Source: Candidatus Gastranaerophilales bacterium
Lineage (GTDB): Bacteria; Cyanobacteriota; Vampirovibrionia; Gastranaerophilales; Gastranaerophilaceae
Reading direction: 5' to 3'
DNA: 64,000 nucleotides
Assembly: GCA_944325665.1 (NCBI GenBank)
Contig: CALVAY010000005.1
Location: 18,702-82,701, forward strand
Under the pieces are notes generated by a model. The model had not been told where the DNA came from, did not search any database, and saw nothing but the letters and a program-made list of their open reading frames with translations. The position numbers and the translations under genes are program-made. Shown in pieces: positions 8,954-17,561 of this stretch (the stretch's first letter is position 1; every line of letters starts with the position of its first letter).

Positions 8954-8983
8954 ATAATAACCTGTGAATATGGCATGCGTCAA
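8954..8983 (-). promoter_or_regulatory. Putative sigma70-like promoter of the CBASS operon
   Basis: On the minus strand: TTGACG (8983-8978), an 18-nt spacer, then TATTAT (8959-8954). Confidence 0.35.
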
Positions 8984-9061
8984 CTAAAATTTTTAAGTAT
9001 TTTTTAAATTTCAAGCTATTATTGTGTTTTTGAGATGAGAATAAAAAAAATTAAAAATCTG

Positions 9062-9090
9062 TTGTTAAAAAATTTAGTTTCTGATAATAT
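9062..9090 (+). promoter_or_regulatory. Putative promoter of the 9117 gene
   Basis: TTGTTA (9062-9067), a 17-nt spacer, then TAATAT (9085-9090). Confidence 0.4.
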
Positions 9091-9116
9091 AATTTTGTCC
9101 TTAAAAGGAATGGTTT

Positions 9117-9734
9117 ATGCAAAGTCAAAAGTATAATTCCCTGTTGAAATTAGTCGCAAATGATGGCGGCCATATAAAAATTAATAGAAAACTTGTCGCA
9201 AAATACGGTATAGAGGTCGCCTGTGTTTACAGCGAATTGTTAAATATGCAGATTAACTCAAAAAAGAATCGTGAAAACTTTCTTTTTTTGGATGGCGATT
9301 GTTTTTCACTGAATACGGAAAAATTGTCAGACGAACTTGGCATTTCACCGCATAAACAAAGAGTCATACTTCAAACCCTGCAAGAAGAAGGGCTTATCCA
9401 AGTTTATTATGGTTCTGGTAAAAACAGATTAATTAAAGTTAACGACGATATAGATGTTTTGTACGAAGTTTTAAACCCGTCTGAAGACATTGATGAACTT
9501 TACTTTGAAAATTTATTCTATGACATAAATGTGCTTAAAAACGCTATTCTTAAGAGTTTAAAGCAGCTTTACAGAAAAGAAGAAAAAAGAATCTTCGAAG
9601 ATAAATTTTTTAATTATATTAAAAAATACAACAAAAAAGAAGACGATGAAAAGCTTCAAATAAAGCTCTTCGAGTGCCTTTTAGAAGATAACAGCGTGCA
9701 AAAGGAAATTGCAAAGGAAAAAATAACTACTTAA
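9117..9734 (+). CDS. Winged-helix DNA-binding protein (DnaD / replisome-organizer-like N-terminal domain); possible mobile-element remnant or regulator
   Basis: 205 aa. The segment LSDELGISPHKQRVILQTLQEEGLIQVYYG is an HTH-plus-wing pattern. The gene is divergent from the CBASS operon. Confidence 0.45.
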   Translation: MQSQKYNSLLKLVANDGGHIKINRKLVAKYGIEVACVYSELLNMQINSKKNRENFLFLDGDCFSLNTEKLSDELGISPHKQRVILQTLQEEGLIQVYYGSGKNRLIKVNDDIDVLYEVLNPSEDIDELYFENLFYDINVLKNAILKSLKQLYRKEEKRIFEDKFFNYIKKYNKKEDDEKLQIKLFECLLEDNSVQKEIAKEKITT

Positions 9735-9754
9735 ACCTTTGTTAATTGCGAATG

Positions 9755-10045
9755 CTACTGAACAATTTCTATTCCAATCTTTTGCTCATCTGCGCTTGGG
9801 GCAAGTTTTTTGTACTTGTATAGGGGAACTTTGGGGTTTAAATTTTTTCTTTGAGAAATTTTTTGGTCAAAACTTCTTTTTTCTTGCACATAAAGCTGTT
9901 GGACAAATGTTTCGCTATTTTGAATTTCCGATTGCATCTCGTCATAAGGTGCATTAAGCGAAAGTTTTTCTTGTGCGTATGTAGCACAAATACAAAAATG
10001 CATACCAAAAAATACAGCCAAAACAAAGCCCACAGTTCTTTTCAT
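9755..10045 (-). CDS. Small secreted hypothetical protein
   Basis: 96 aa with signal peptide MKRTVGFVLAVFFGMHFCICATYA. Confidence 0.4.
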   Translation of the reverse strand: MKRTVGFVLAVFFGMHFCICATYAQEKLSLNAPYDEMQSEIQNSETFVQQLYVQEKRSFDQKISQRKNLNPKVPLYKYKKLAPSADEQKIGIEIVQ

Positions 10046-10142
10046 AATAAAATATCTTTCTTCACTACCTTCTAATAATATAAATCCCCGTAATTAAAAT
10101 TAATCACAGGGATTTATAAAATTGTTTACTAAAGTTAACAAA

Positions 10143-10562
10143 TTAGTAGCCGATTGCTTTTAATTGTGAATCGTAGATTTTGTTAATGTTAGCTTTTCTT
10201 GTGTTAAGAGCGTCTAATTGTCTTTGAGCTGCTCTTGTTTTAATAGTTTTTTGAACTTGTGTTAAAGAAGAATCTTTGTTAATGTCTTTGATTTCTTTTT
10301 CTTTTTGTTTGATTTGAACTTCAACAGGTTTTAGTTGTTCTTTTCTTTTTTGCTCAATAGCGTCTTTTTTCGCTTTTTTGTTTGCATCCGCTTGTTTTTT
10401 AGCTTGTGCTTTTTGGTTTGCAACATCTTGTTTTGCAGCGTTTTTAATAGCGTTTATGTCGCTTTTAACCGCATTTTTAAAAGCTGTTCCAAATTCGCTT
10501 GCAGCATAAACCGAACTTACGCTAATGCATAGAGCAAGGGCTAATCCTAAGTATTTTTTCAT
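10143..10562 (-). CDS. Secreted Lys-rich coiled-coil protein
   Basis: The start is moved to the ATG at 10562 (MKKYLGLALALCISVSSVYA), 8 nt after AGGAG. Low-complexity K/A/Q-rich sequence. Confidence 0.55.
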   Translation of the reverse strand: MKKYLGLALALCISVSSVYAASEFGTAFKNAVKSDINAIKNAAKQDVANQKAQAKKQADANKKAKKDAIEQKRKEQLKPVEVQIKQKEKEIKDINKDSSLTQVQKTIKTRAAQRQLDALNTRKANINKIYDSQLKAIGY

Positions 10563-10872
10563 AACTAACACTCCTATTAAAATAGTCCTTTCATGTTAGC
10601 ACTATTTTATAGAGTTGTAAATAAACCCCAACTTTTAAAGTTGAGGTTTAATTTGTTTTTTTATCCCCTGCTTATGTTCTAAAATAGGGCTTTTTGCCCC
10701 ATCTAAATTTTCAGACGTTATCTAAATAAATAAAAACATAAATTATAAGCTGATTTCACATCCTTGTAATTTATTTACATTTCTTAATGCCTCTTTTTAC
10801 CCTTAAAAGCTTTGTTGCAATTATCATCTTAGAGTGATAAAATTTTCTTAAATACATTTAAAGGTTGGTTTA

Positions 10873-11634
10873 ATGGTAATAAAAAAGCCCGAAAGTGCCT
10901 CTGAAAGAATAATTTTGGCACTGGATGTCGATACTATTGAAGAAGCACGTGAGCTTGTTGTCCAATTAAAAGATTATGTAGGCTATTTTAAAGTTGGTTT
11001 GCAGCTTTATAGCGCCTGTGGTTATGAAGCTGTTAAAATGATTCATCAAATGGGTGCAAAAGTCTTTTTTGACGGTAAATTTCACGACATACCAAACACT
11101 GTTGCCCATGCTTGCGCTAATCTTGTTAAGCATGATGTTGACTTTTTTGACCTGCACATTAAAGGCGGCTCTAAAATGCTTTCAACCACTTGCAGGTATT
11201 GTAGAGAAGTTGCGAAAAAATATGATAAACCAACACCTACAATACTTGGTGTTACTTTGCTTTCAAGCTTTGGTCAAAAAACACTTAACCAAGAATTAAA
11301 TGTAAATATGAATATAGACGAATACGTATCAAAGCTTGCAAAAGTCGCTCTTGAAGCAAAGCTTGACGGTGTTGTAGCCTCAGCTTCAGAGGCCGGTGCT
11401 ATAAGAAGAGTTTGCGGCGATGATTTTATTATAGTTTGTCCCGCAATTCGTCCTACTTGGTCTGTTGTGGATGATCAGGTTCGTGTTGTAACCCCGACAG
11501 ACGCAATTGAAGCGGGTATTGACTATATGGTAGTCGGTCGCCCGATAATTTCCGCAAAAGACAAAATCGAAGCTGTAACTTTGATTATTGACGAAATTGA
11601 AGAAGCTAAAGAAGTAATTAAAGAAAGAATTTAA
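10873..11634 (+). CDS. pyrF: Orotidine 5'-phosphate decarboxylase
   Basis: ILALDV..., DGKFHDIPNTV and VVGRPI motifs. Confidence 0.85.
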   Translation: MVIKKPESASERIILALDVDTIEEARELVVQLKDYVGYFKVGLQLYSACGYEAVKMIHQMGAKVFFDGKFHDIPNTVAHACANLVKHDVDFFDLHIKGGSKMLSTTCRYCREVAKKYDKPTPTILGVTLLSSFGQKTLNQELNVNMNIDEYVSKLAKVALEAKLDGVVASASEAGAIRRVCGDDFIIVCPAIRPTWSVVDDQVRVVTPTDAIEAGIDYMVVGRPIISAKDKIEAVTLIIDEIEEAKEVIKERI

Positions 11635-11635
11635 T

Positions 11636-12772
11636 ATGAAAGTAAATTTCGGTGTTCCAAAAGAGCTAAAAGAAGGCGAAGCAAGGGTTGCTCTCACTCC
11701 CGATGCTGTCGGCATGCTGGTTCAAGACGGTTTATCTGTTGCAATTGAAAGCGGTGCAGGTGTTTTAAGCGGTTTTGAAGATATAGACTATGAAAAAGCC
11801 GGTGCTAAAATAATTGACTCGGCCGAAGAGCTTTGGAAAATTTCAAATATAATCGTTAAGGTTAAAGAACCTCAAAAATGCGAGTACAAGTACTTTAGAG
11901 AAGATTTGGTTATTTTTTCCTATCTTCACCTTGCAGTTGAAAAAGAGCTTACAGACGAGCTTTTAAGAAAAAAAGTTTGTGCTATACCGACTGAAGCAGT
12001 TCAAACAAAAACGGGTGAATTGCCTCTGCTTCGCCCTATGAGCGAAATTGCAGGCAGAATGAGTGTTCAATTGGGTGCAAGATTTCTGGAAAAACAAAGC
12101 GGCGGAAGAGGTCTGCTTTTAGGCGGCGTCCCCGGTGTTGAGGCTGCAAAAGTTGTTATATTAGGTGGCGGTGTAGTCGGTTCAAACGCTGCTCAAATTG
12201 CACTTGGCATGGGCGCGGATGTTTGCGTTTTGGATATTAATTCAAAAACCTTATCCCATCTTGATATGACGTTTAAAGGTCAGGTAAAAACCTGCTATTC
12301 TAACCCTGTTACAATTGCAAAGCAGCTAAAAGATGCAGATTTGCTTATAACTTCAGTGTTAATTCCTTCAACAAAAGCACCGAAGTTAGTTACGGCAGAT
12401 GTTGTAAAAACAATGAAAAAAGGTGCTGTAATTATTGATATAGCTATTGATCAAGGCGGTAACGTCGAAACAATAGATAGAGTTACAACTCTTGACAATC
12501 CGCTGTTTGAAAAATATGGTGTAATGCACTGTGCAGTGCCCAATATCCCCTCTTATGTACCGCAAACAGCTTCTTACGCTTACTCTTACGCTATATTGCC
12601 CTATATAAAATGTCTTGGCGAAAGAGGAACTTTTGTGGCACTGAAGGAAAACGACGAATTAAGCCGTGGTGTTTCAACTTTCCGCGGAAACGTTACAAAC
12701 GAAGCCTTGGCCGAGTTTTTAGGCTACGAGCACACTGAAATATCTCTTCTTGTAGGTTTTAAGGTCAAATGA
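11636..12772 (+). CDS. ald: Alanine dehydrogenase
   Basis: N-terminus GVPKELKEGEARVALTP. Rossmann motif VILGGGVVGSNAA. Confidence 0.85.
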   Translation: MKVNFGVPKELKEGEARVALTPDAVGMLVQDGLSVAIESGAGVLSGFEDIDYEKAGAKIIDSAEELWKISNIIVKVKEPQKCEYKYFREDLVIFSYLHLAVEKELTDELLRKKVCAIPTEAVQTKTGELPLLRPMSEIAGRMSVQLGARFLEKQSGGRGLLLGGVPGVEAAKVVILGGGVVGSNAAQIALGMGADVCVLDINSKTLSHLDMTFKGQVKTCYSNPVTIAKQLKDADLLITSVLIPSTKAPKLVTADVVKTMKKGAVIIDIAIDQGGNVETIDRVTTLDNPLFEKYGVMHCAVPNIPSYVPQTASYAYSYAILPYIKCLGERGTFVALKENDELSRGVSTFRGNVTNEALAEFLGYEHTEISLLVGFKVK

Positions 12773-13878
12773 TAAAAGACGCAAAAAGAATAGTTTTTAA
12801 ATTTGGAACAAATATTTTAAGAAATGACAATGGCGAAATTTCCCTTAGCCGCTTATATTCTTTCATTGAGGACATTGCAAATTTAAGAAAACAAGGAAAA
12901 GAAGTTTTAATTGTAACCTCTGGCGCAGTCGGCTTAGGTGCAAAAAAATTAAACGTTGATACAAGCCAAAGTACGGTTTTAAAACAAGCTGCGGCATCTG
13001 TCGGACAGCAAATTTTAATGTCAATTTGGCAGGACGGCTTTGCAAAATATTCTGTTAGCGTGGCACAAATTCTTCTTGTAGAAGAAGATTTTGCCAACAG
13101 AAAAAAATATTTGAGCCTGAGAAATACTCTATCTAAGCTTTTAGAGCTTGGAATTATACCTATTATCAACCAAAATGACGCCGTTTCGCCTTCCGAATTA
13201 GAGCATGTTTGTTTTTCGGACAATGACAAGCTTTCATCTCTTGTTGCATCAAAGCTTGACGCTGACCTTTTGGTTATGGTTTCAGACATTGACGGTCTTT
13301 ACGATAAAAACCCGAAAGAACACGCTGACGCAAAGAAAATTGATGTTGTTGAAAAAGTTACTCCAAAAATTGAAAAATTGGCGTCAGGTGCTTCAGCAGG
13401 CGGCAGAGGGGGCATGGTAACAAAACTTATGGCGGCAAAAGTTGTTACGTCCTCGGGTCTTTATGCCTTGATAGTGAACGGTAAAAAGCCGAATATTTTA
13501 TCTAAAATTTTCAAAGAAAAAAATGTGGGTACAATTTTTATGCCCACAAAAAACCTTTCGCACAAAAAACGCTGGATTGCTTATGCAACAAACATCATGG
13601 GCGAAATTACGGTTAACTCGGGCGCAAAAACTGCTCTTGTTGATAAGCAAAAATCACTTCTTGCAGTTGGTATTACAGAGGTGAAGGGCAACTTTAAGGC
13701 AGGGGATATCGTAAGCATTTTTGATGAGGACGGCCTGGAATTTGCCCGCGCAATGGTAAATTATAATTCTGACGAGTGCCGAAAAATTAAAGGCGCTCAC
13801 AGCGATGAAATTGAAAAAATCTTAGGTTATAAGCTTGATGATGATGTTATCATCAAAGATAATTTAGTTATTTTATAG
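12769..13878 (+). CDS. proB: Glutamate 5-kinase (with PUA domain)
   Basis: Amino-acid kinase fold (IVFKFGTN, VTSGAVGLG) plus a C-terminal PUA-like domain. 4-nt overlap with ald. Confidence 0.9.
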   Translation: MIKDAKRIVFKFGTNILRNDNGEISLSRLYSFIEDIANLRKQGKEVLIVTSGAVGLGAKKLNVDTSQSTVLKQAAASVGQQILMSIWQDGFAKYSVSVAQILLVEEDFANRKKYLSLRNTLSKLLELGIIPIINQNDAVSPSELEHVCFSDNDKLSSLVASKLDADLLVMVSDIDGLYDKNPKEHADAKKIDVVEKVTPKIEKLASGASAGGRGGMVTKLMAAKVVTSSGLYALIVNGKKPNILSKIFKEKNVGTIFMPTKNLSHKKRWIAYATNIMGEITVNSGAKTALVDKQKSLLAVGITEVKGNFKAGDIVSIFDEDGLEFARAMVNYNSDECRKIKGAHSDEIEKILGYKLDDDVIIKDNLVIL

Positions 13879-13886
13879 GGAAAATT

Positions 13887-15134
13887 ATGAATACAAAAGA
13901 ACTTGCAAAATCGGCAAAAGAGGCCTCGCTTGCACTTTTAGGGGCAGATAGCGAACTAAAAAACACAGCTTTAGAGGCTATAAGAAAAAATATCGAAGAG
14001 AAAAAAGAAGAAATTTTTGAAGCAAACAAACAAGATTTACAAGAGGCTAAAAGCCTTGTGGATAGCGGAGAAATAAGTTCTTCTACTTATGCAAGATTAA
14101 AGCTTGACGAAAATAAAATGAGAGATATGCTCAAGGGAATTCAAGATGTAATAAGCCTTGAAGACCCCGCCAACAAGGTACTTTGGACAAAAGAACTTGA
14201 CGAGGGCTTAATTTTAAAGAAAATTACCTGTCCAATCGGCGTTATTGGGGTAATTTTTGAAGCACGTCCTGACGTTATTTCTCAAATTGCTTCTCTTGCA
14301 ATCAAATCAGGTAATGCAGTAATTTTAAAAGGCGGTAAAGAATCTAACCATACAAACGCTAAAATTGCTCAAATTATCAATGATGCGCTTTCAAGCGTTC
14401 AAAATTTCCCGAAAAACGTTATAAATTTAGTGTTTTCAAGGGACGATATTAAAGAGCTTTTGAATTTGGATGAATATATTGACCTTATTATTCCAAGGGG
14501 TTCAAATAAGCTTGTAAAATATATCCAAGAAAACACGAAAATCCCTGTTTTAGGGCATGCTTCGGGCATTTGTCATATTTTTGTGGATGAGAGTGCAAAG
14601 CCAAATTTGGTAAATGATGTGTGTGTTGACGCAAAAATTCAATACCCTTCCGCTTGTAACGCTGTTGAGACGATTTTGGTGCATAAAAATTATAAAGAAT
14701 TAGACTCACTAAAAGAGGCTTTGGTTAATTCAGGCGTTAAGATAGTTGAAAATCCCGACACTTTTTCAAAAGAATATGGTGATAAAATCGTATCCCTAAA
14801 GGTTGTAGATAGCCTTGAAGAGGCAATTTTGCACATAAATAAATTCGGCTCGGGTCATACGGATTCAATTTTAACAGAGGATAAAAATAATGCCGAAAAA
14901 TTTATGAATTATGTTGACTCGGCAGGCGTTTATCACAATACTTCCACAAGGTTTTCGGACGGTTTCAGATACGGTTTCGGTGCTGAAGTCGGCATTTCAA
15001 CAAACAAAACTCACGCAAGAGGCCCTGTGGGCTTAGACGGACTTACAATCTATAAATACAAGCTTTTTGGGCAATATCAAACCGTTGCACCTTATGCAAA
15101 CGGCGAAAAAACTTTTAAACATAAGTTTGTATAA
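13887..15134 (+). CDS. proA: Gamma-glutamyl phosphate reductase
   Basis: 415-aa aldehyde dehydrogenase-type sequence (IIPRGS, GHTDSILTED), immediately downstream of proB. Confidence 0.9.
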   Translation: MNTKELAKSAKEASLALLGADSELKNTALEAIRKNIEEKKEEIFEANKQDLQEAKSLVDSGEISSSTYARLKLDENKMRDMLKGIQDVISLEDPANKVLWTKELDEGLILKKITCPIGVIGVIFEARPDVISQIASLAIKSGNAVILKGGKESNHTNAKIAQIINDALSSVQNFPKNVINLVFSRDDIKELLNLDEYIDLIIPRGSNKLVKYIQENTKIPVLGHASGICHIFVDESAKPNLVNDVCVDAKIQYPSACNAVETILVHKNYKELDSLKEALVNSGVKIVENPDTFSKEYGDKIVSLKVVDSLEEAILHINKFGSGHTDSILTEDKNNAEKFMNYVDSAGVYHNTSTRFSDGFRYGFGAEVGISTNKTHARGPVGLDGLTIYKYKLFGQYQTVAPYANGEKTFKHKFV

Positions 15135-15187
15135 TTTTTTTTTGGTATAATAAAACAATCACAACCATAAAAAGGCAAATTTGCCCT

Positions 15188-16096
15188 ATGCATGAGATTA
15201 TAGAGAAAATAAATAAACTTAAAAAAGAGAAAAAAGCTGTCATTTTGGCACATTGCTATCAAAATGTTGAGATAGATAACGTTGCCGACTATGTCGGTGA
15301 TTCTTTGGGCTTGTCAAGAATTGCCGCAAAAACCGACGCTGAAATAATCGTTTTTGCAGGGGTATATTTTATGGCAGAAACGGCAAAAATATTGTCCCCC
15401 AATAAAAAAGTTCTTTTGCCTAATATGAACTCAGGCTGCCAAATGGCGCAGATGATTGACGCAAAACGCATGAAGGAATTTAAGGAAAAACACCCGAATA
15501 TTCCTGTTGTTTGTTATGTTAATTCTACCGCAGAAGTTAAAGCTCAAGCCGATGTTTGCTGCACAAGCTCAAATGCTGTTGATATAGTTCGCTCGCTCGG
15601 CGTTAAAAAAGTTTTATTTGCGCCTGATTGCTATTTAGGCTCTTGGGTTGCAAAAAAATTGCCAGACGTAGAAGTCATATCCTACAACGGTTTTTGCCCG
15701 ACTCACTTAAGACTTTTGCCCGATGATGTCAAAAAAATGAGAATTTTATATCCTAACGCTGCAACTTTAATGCACCCTGAGTGTCATCAGGAAGTCGTTA
15801 AATTGGCAGACTTTGTCGGCTCAACCACAGAGATTATGCAGTATTGCGAAAAAAGCAAAAAAGACACTTTCTTAATAGGTACTGAAAAGGGCGTTGTAGA
15901 TAGGCTTTCAAGAGATTTCCCCGAAAAGAAATTTATTCTTATTTCAGAAAAATTGACTTGCCATAATATGAAATACAACACCCTTGAAGATATTTTGCAT
16001 GTCTTAGAAACGGGTGAAAACGAAGTTTTCGTAGAAGAAAACCTCAGAAAGCTTGCCTTTGGCGCAATTGAAAGAATGGTTGCTCTTAAGGTCTAG
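15188..16096 (+). CDS. nadA: Quinolinate synthase
   Basis: 302 aa with VILAHCYQ, the YFMAETAKIL pattern and conserved Cys residues. Confidence 0.9.
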   Translation: MHEIIEKINKLKKEKKAVILAHCYQNVEIDNVADYVGDSLGLSRIAAKTDAEIIVFAGVYFMAETAKILSPNKKVLLPNMNSGCQMAQMIDAKRMKEFKEKHPNIPVVCYVNSTAEVKAQADVCCTSSNAVDIVRSLGVKKVLFAPDCYLGSWVAKKLPDVEVISYNGFCPTHLRLLPDDVKKMRILYPNAATLMHPECHQEVVKLADFVGSTTEIMQYCEKSKKDTFLIGTEKGVVDRLSRDFPEKKFILISEKLTCHNMKYNTLEDILHVLETGENEVFVEENLRKLAFGAIERMVALKV

Positions 16097-16415
16097 TTTC
16101 TTTGTTTTCAAGGTATTTTGCCCAATTTTCATCCATATTTTGGAAAAAATTGTGGGCGTCAAGCACGTCATCATAGCTTATCGGCTCATATTTTGAATTT
16201 TGCTTTTGTGTCTTAAAACAGGAATTAAGCTCTTCAAGCCCAAGCCCTAAAAAGGCCATGCCAAAGCACCTTTTGCACCTTTCGCACTTTATTTGGACAA
16301 CTAAAAGCCCTCTTTCATCCCTCATAATCTTTATCGAATCTTTGTCAAATTCGCCACAACACTTGTGGCAGTGCATATTCAGTAACATTTTTTCTATTGC
16401 TGATGTATCTTTCAT
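16086..16415 (-). CDS. Hypothetical zinc-ribbon protein
   Basis: CHKCCG...CERCKRC (4 Cys). Overlaps the nadA 3' end by 11 nt. Confidence 0.45.
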   Translation of the reverse strand: MKDTSAIEKMLLNMHCHKCCGEFDKDSIKIMRDERGLLVVQIKCERCKRCFGMAFLGLGLEELNSCFKTQKQNSKYEPISYDDVLDAHNFFQNMDENWAKYLENKETRP

Positions 16416-16529
16416 AACTCCCCTTTATTAATTTTTATTACAATTACTCTTCAAAACATAAAGTTTGCTCTAAAATCTGTCGATACCAAAAACACAAGGA
16501 ACAAGGTTGTTTAGAAAGCGAGGCTATTG

Positions 16530-16685
16530 ATGTTTGAAGCATTCGGTTTGATATTTTTTGCGGCAGTTGTGTATCTTTTCCTTGTGGTTGTACCTTCTGT
16601 TGTTGAAAGTTTATCCGACGAAGAATTTAGATGTGCATATTTTAGGCACTTGTCCGAAAAACATGTAAATTCTTTCGGCAGATAG
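16530..16685 (+). CDS. Unlisted small ORF (51 aa): single-TM hydrophobic peptide
   Basis: Own translation: MFEAFGLIFFAAVVYLFLVVVPSVVESLSDEEFRCAYFRHLSEKHVNSFGR. The RBS GAGG lies 6 nt before the ATG. An intrinsic terminator follows 20 nt after the stop. Confidence 0.35.
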   Translation: MFEAFGLIFFAAVVYLFLVVVPSVVESLSDEEFRCAYFRHLSEKHVNSFGR

Positions 16686-16703
16686 TAAAAAGACTTATTT
16701 TCC

Positions 16704-16737
16704 AAAGTACGCTTGTGTTAGCAGGCGTACTTTTTTG
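16704..16737 (+). terminator. Rho-independent terminator
   Basis: Stem GTACGCTTG / CAGGCGTAC with a 6-nt loop, then TTTTTTG. Confidence 0.65.
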
Positions 16738-16820
16738 TTTGTAAATTAAGACAATCTATTTAGCCGATTTGTTCCAAAACGCTTGAAAAAATAGCCCGAA
16801 AGGGTAATAATATTTATGTT

Positions 16821-17552
16821 ATGAAGAGTTTAAAATTATTTGTTTTATCTTTTATAATGTGTTTTTCACCCTTTTGTCTTGCGCAGGATAGCATAAGTGA
16901 GCAAGGTGAAATTCAACAATTTGTTTTCTCAATTGACGATGCAGCTGAGGTTGTTGAGCAACCGCAGGAAGAAAAACAGGAAAAAGAATTTTTAGAGGGC
17001 TATATTGAAGTTAAGGATGAGCAAGAAATTAAACTCGAAGAACCTGAAGACATTTTGCTTGAAACGGATTTCAGCCCTACTTATCGGGTAAATGAGATTA
17101 AAAAAGTTTCAACATATTCAAAAAGCCTTGAATTACCCTCCGGCTCAGATACGCTTTTTGGCAATGATAAATTCGGTATTTCATCAAATTCTTATCAATA
17201 TAACGACGGGAATACGCTTAATAAAAACGTCCGTCAAGAGCTTGGCGCAACGGTTCGAAATAAATATTTCAGCTTAACGGGCGGGCTTGAAACGACTTAT
17301 GATACAACAAATATTAACCCTGCTTCAAGAGGTGCTTTCTTTACTCCGAAAGTATTTTTGGGGGATAAGGCTTCTTTGTCCTTTAAAAACAAAATCAGCG
17401 GTCAAAATATGGAAAAGTATGAACCTACTTTGGGCATTGACTACGCACCTTTTAAAAACAGCAGCATTTGGTTCGGCGCGGGTGCAACGATTAGAAATAA
17501 CGTAATGCAGTCGCAGTCTTTGAACTTAAAAACCAATTTTTATATATTTTAG
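16821..17552 (+). CDS. Secreted protein, possible outer-membrane beta-barrel
   Basis: Has a signal peptide and a C-terminal ...NFYIF ending in Phe, which resembles the OMP beta-signal. Confidence 0.45.
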   Translation: MKSLKLFVLSFIMCFSPFCLAQDSISEQGEIQQFVFSIDDAAEVVEQPQEEKQEKEFLEGYIEVKDEQEIKLEEPEDILLETDFSPTYRVNEIKKVSTYSKSLELPSGSDTLFGNDKFGISSNSYQYNDGNTLNKNVRQELGATVRNKYFSLTGGLETTYDTTNINPASRGAFFTPKVFLGDKASLSFKNKISGQNMEKYEPTLGIDYAPFKNSSIWFGAGATIRNNVMQSQSLNLKTNFYIF

Positions 17553-17561
17553 AAGGAGAAT

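Noticed and set aside
8550-8976. ORFs 8550-8903 (+) and 8662-8976 (-) overlapping the effector gene start
   Set aside because: They are antisense to, or out of frame with, a well-supported gene. They have no RBS and low-complexity translations.
10623-10662. A plus-strand terminator-like hairpin (AAACCCCAACTT / AAGTTGAGGTTT plus a T-run) 210 nt upstream of pyrF, considered as a pyrimidine attenuator or sRNA end
   Set aside because: I found no convincing promoter upstream, no PyrR-box-like sequence and no alternative antiterminator pairing. The evidence is insufficient to call a regulatory element.
5434-10872. An integrated prophage or integrative element with an integrase at tRNA-Glu
   Set aside because: No integrase, transposase, or phage structural or replication genes other than one wHTH protein are present. 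I found no distal copy of the tRNA 3' end that would define attR. I therefore report it only as an island or remnant.
12765-13289. A 174-aa ORF antisense to proB, and similar long antisense ORFs inside clpB (51485-51970), the histidine kinase gene, murT and pilT
   Set aside because: Each lies entirely within a confidently identified gene on the opposite strand. Their translations are Ser/Leu/Phe-rich, typical of antisense frames in AT-rich genes.
10572-15187. Riboswitch, T-box or leader elements upstream of pyrF, proB, nadA, purB and gmd
   Set aside because: The intergenic regions are short or AT-rich, and I could not recognise any conserved riboswitch core by eye. An Infernal scan would be needed to exclude them.
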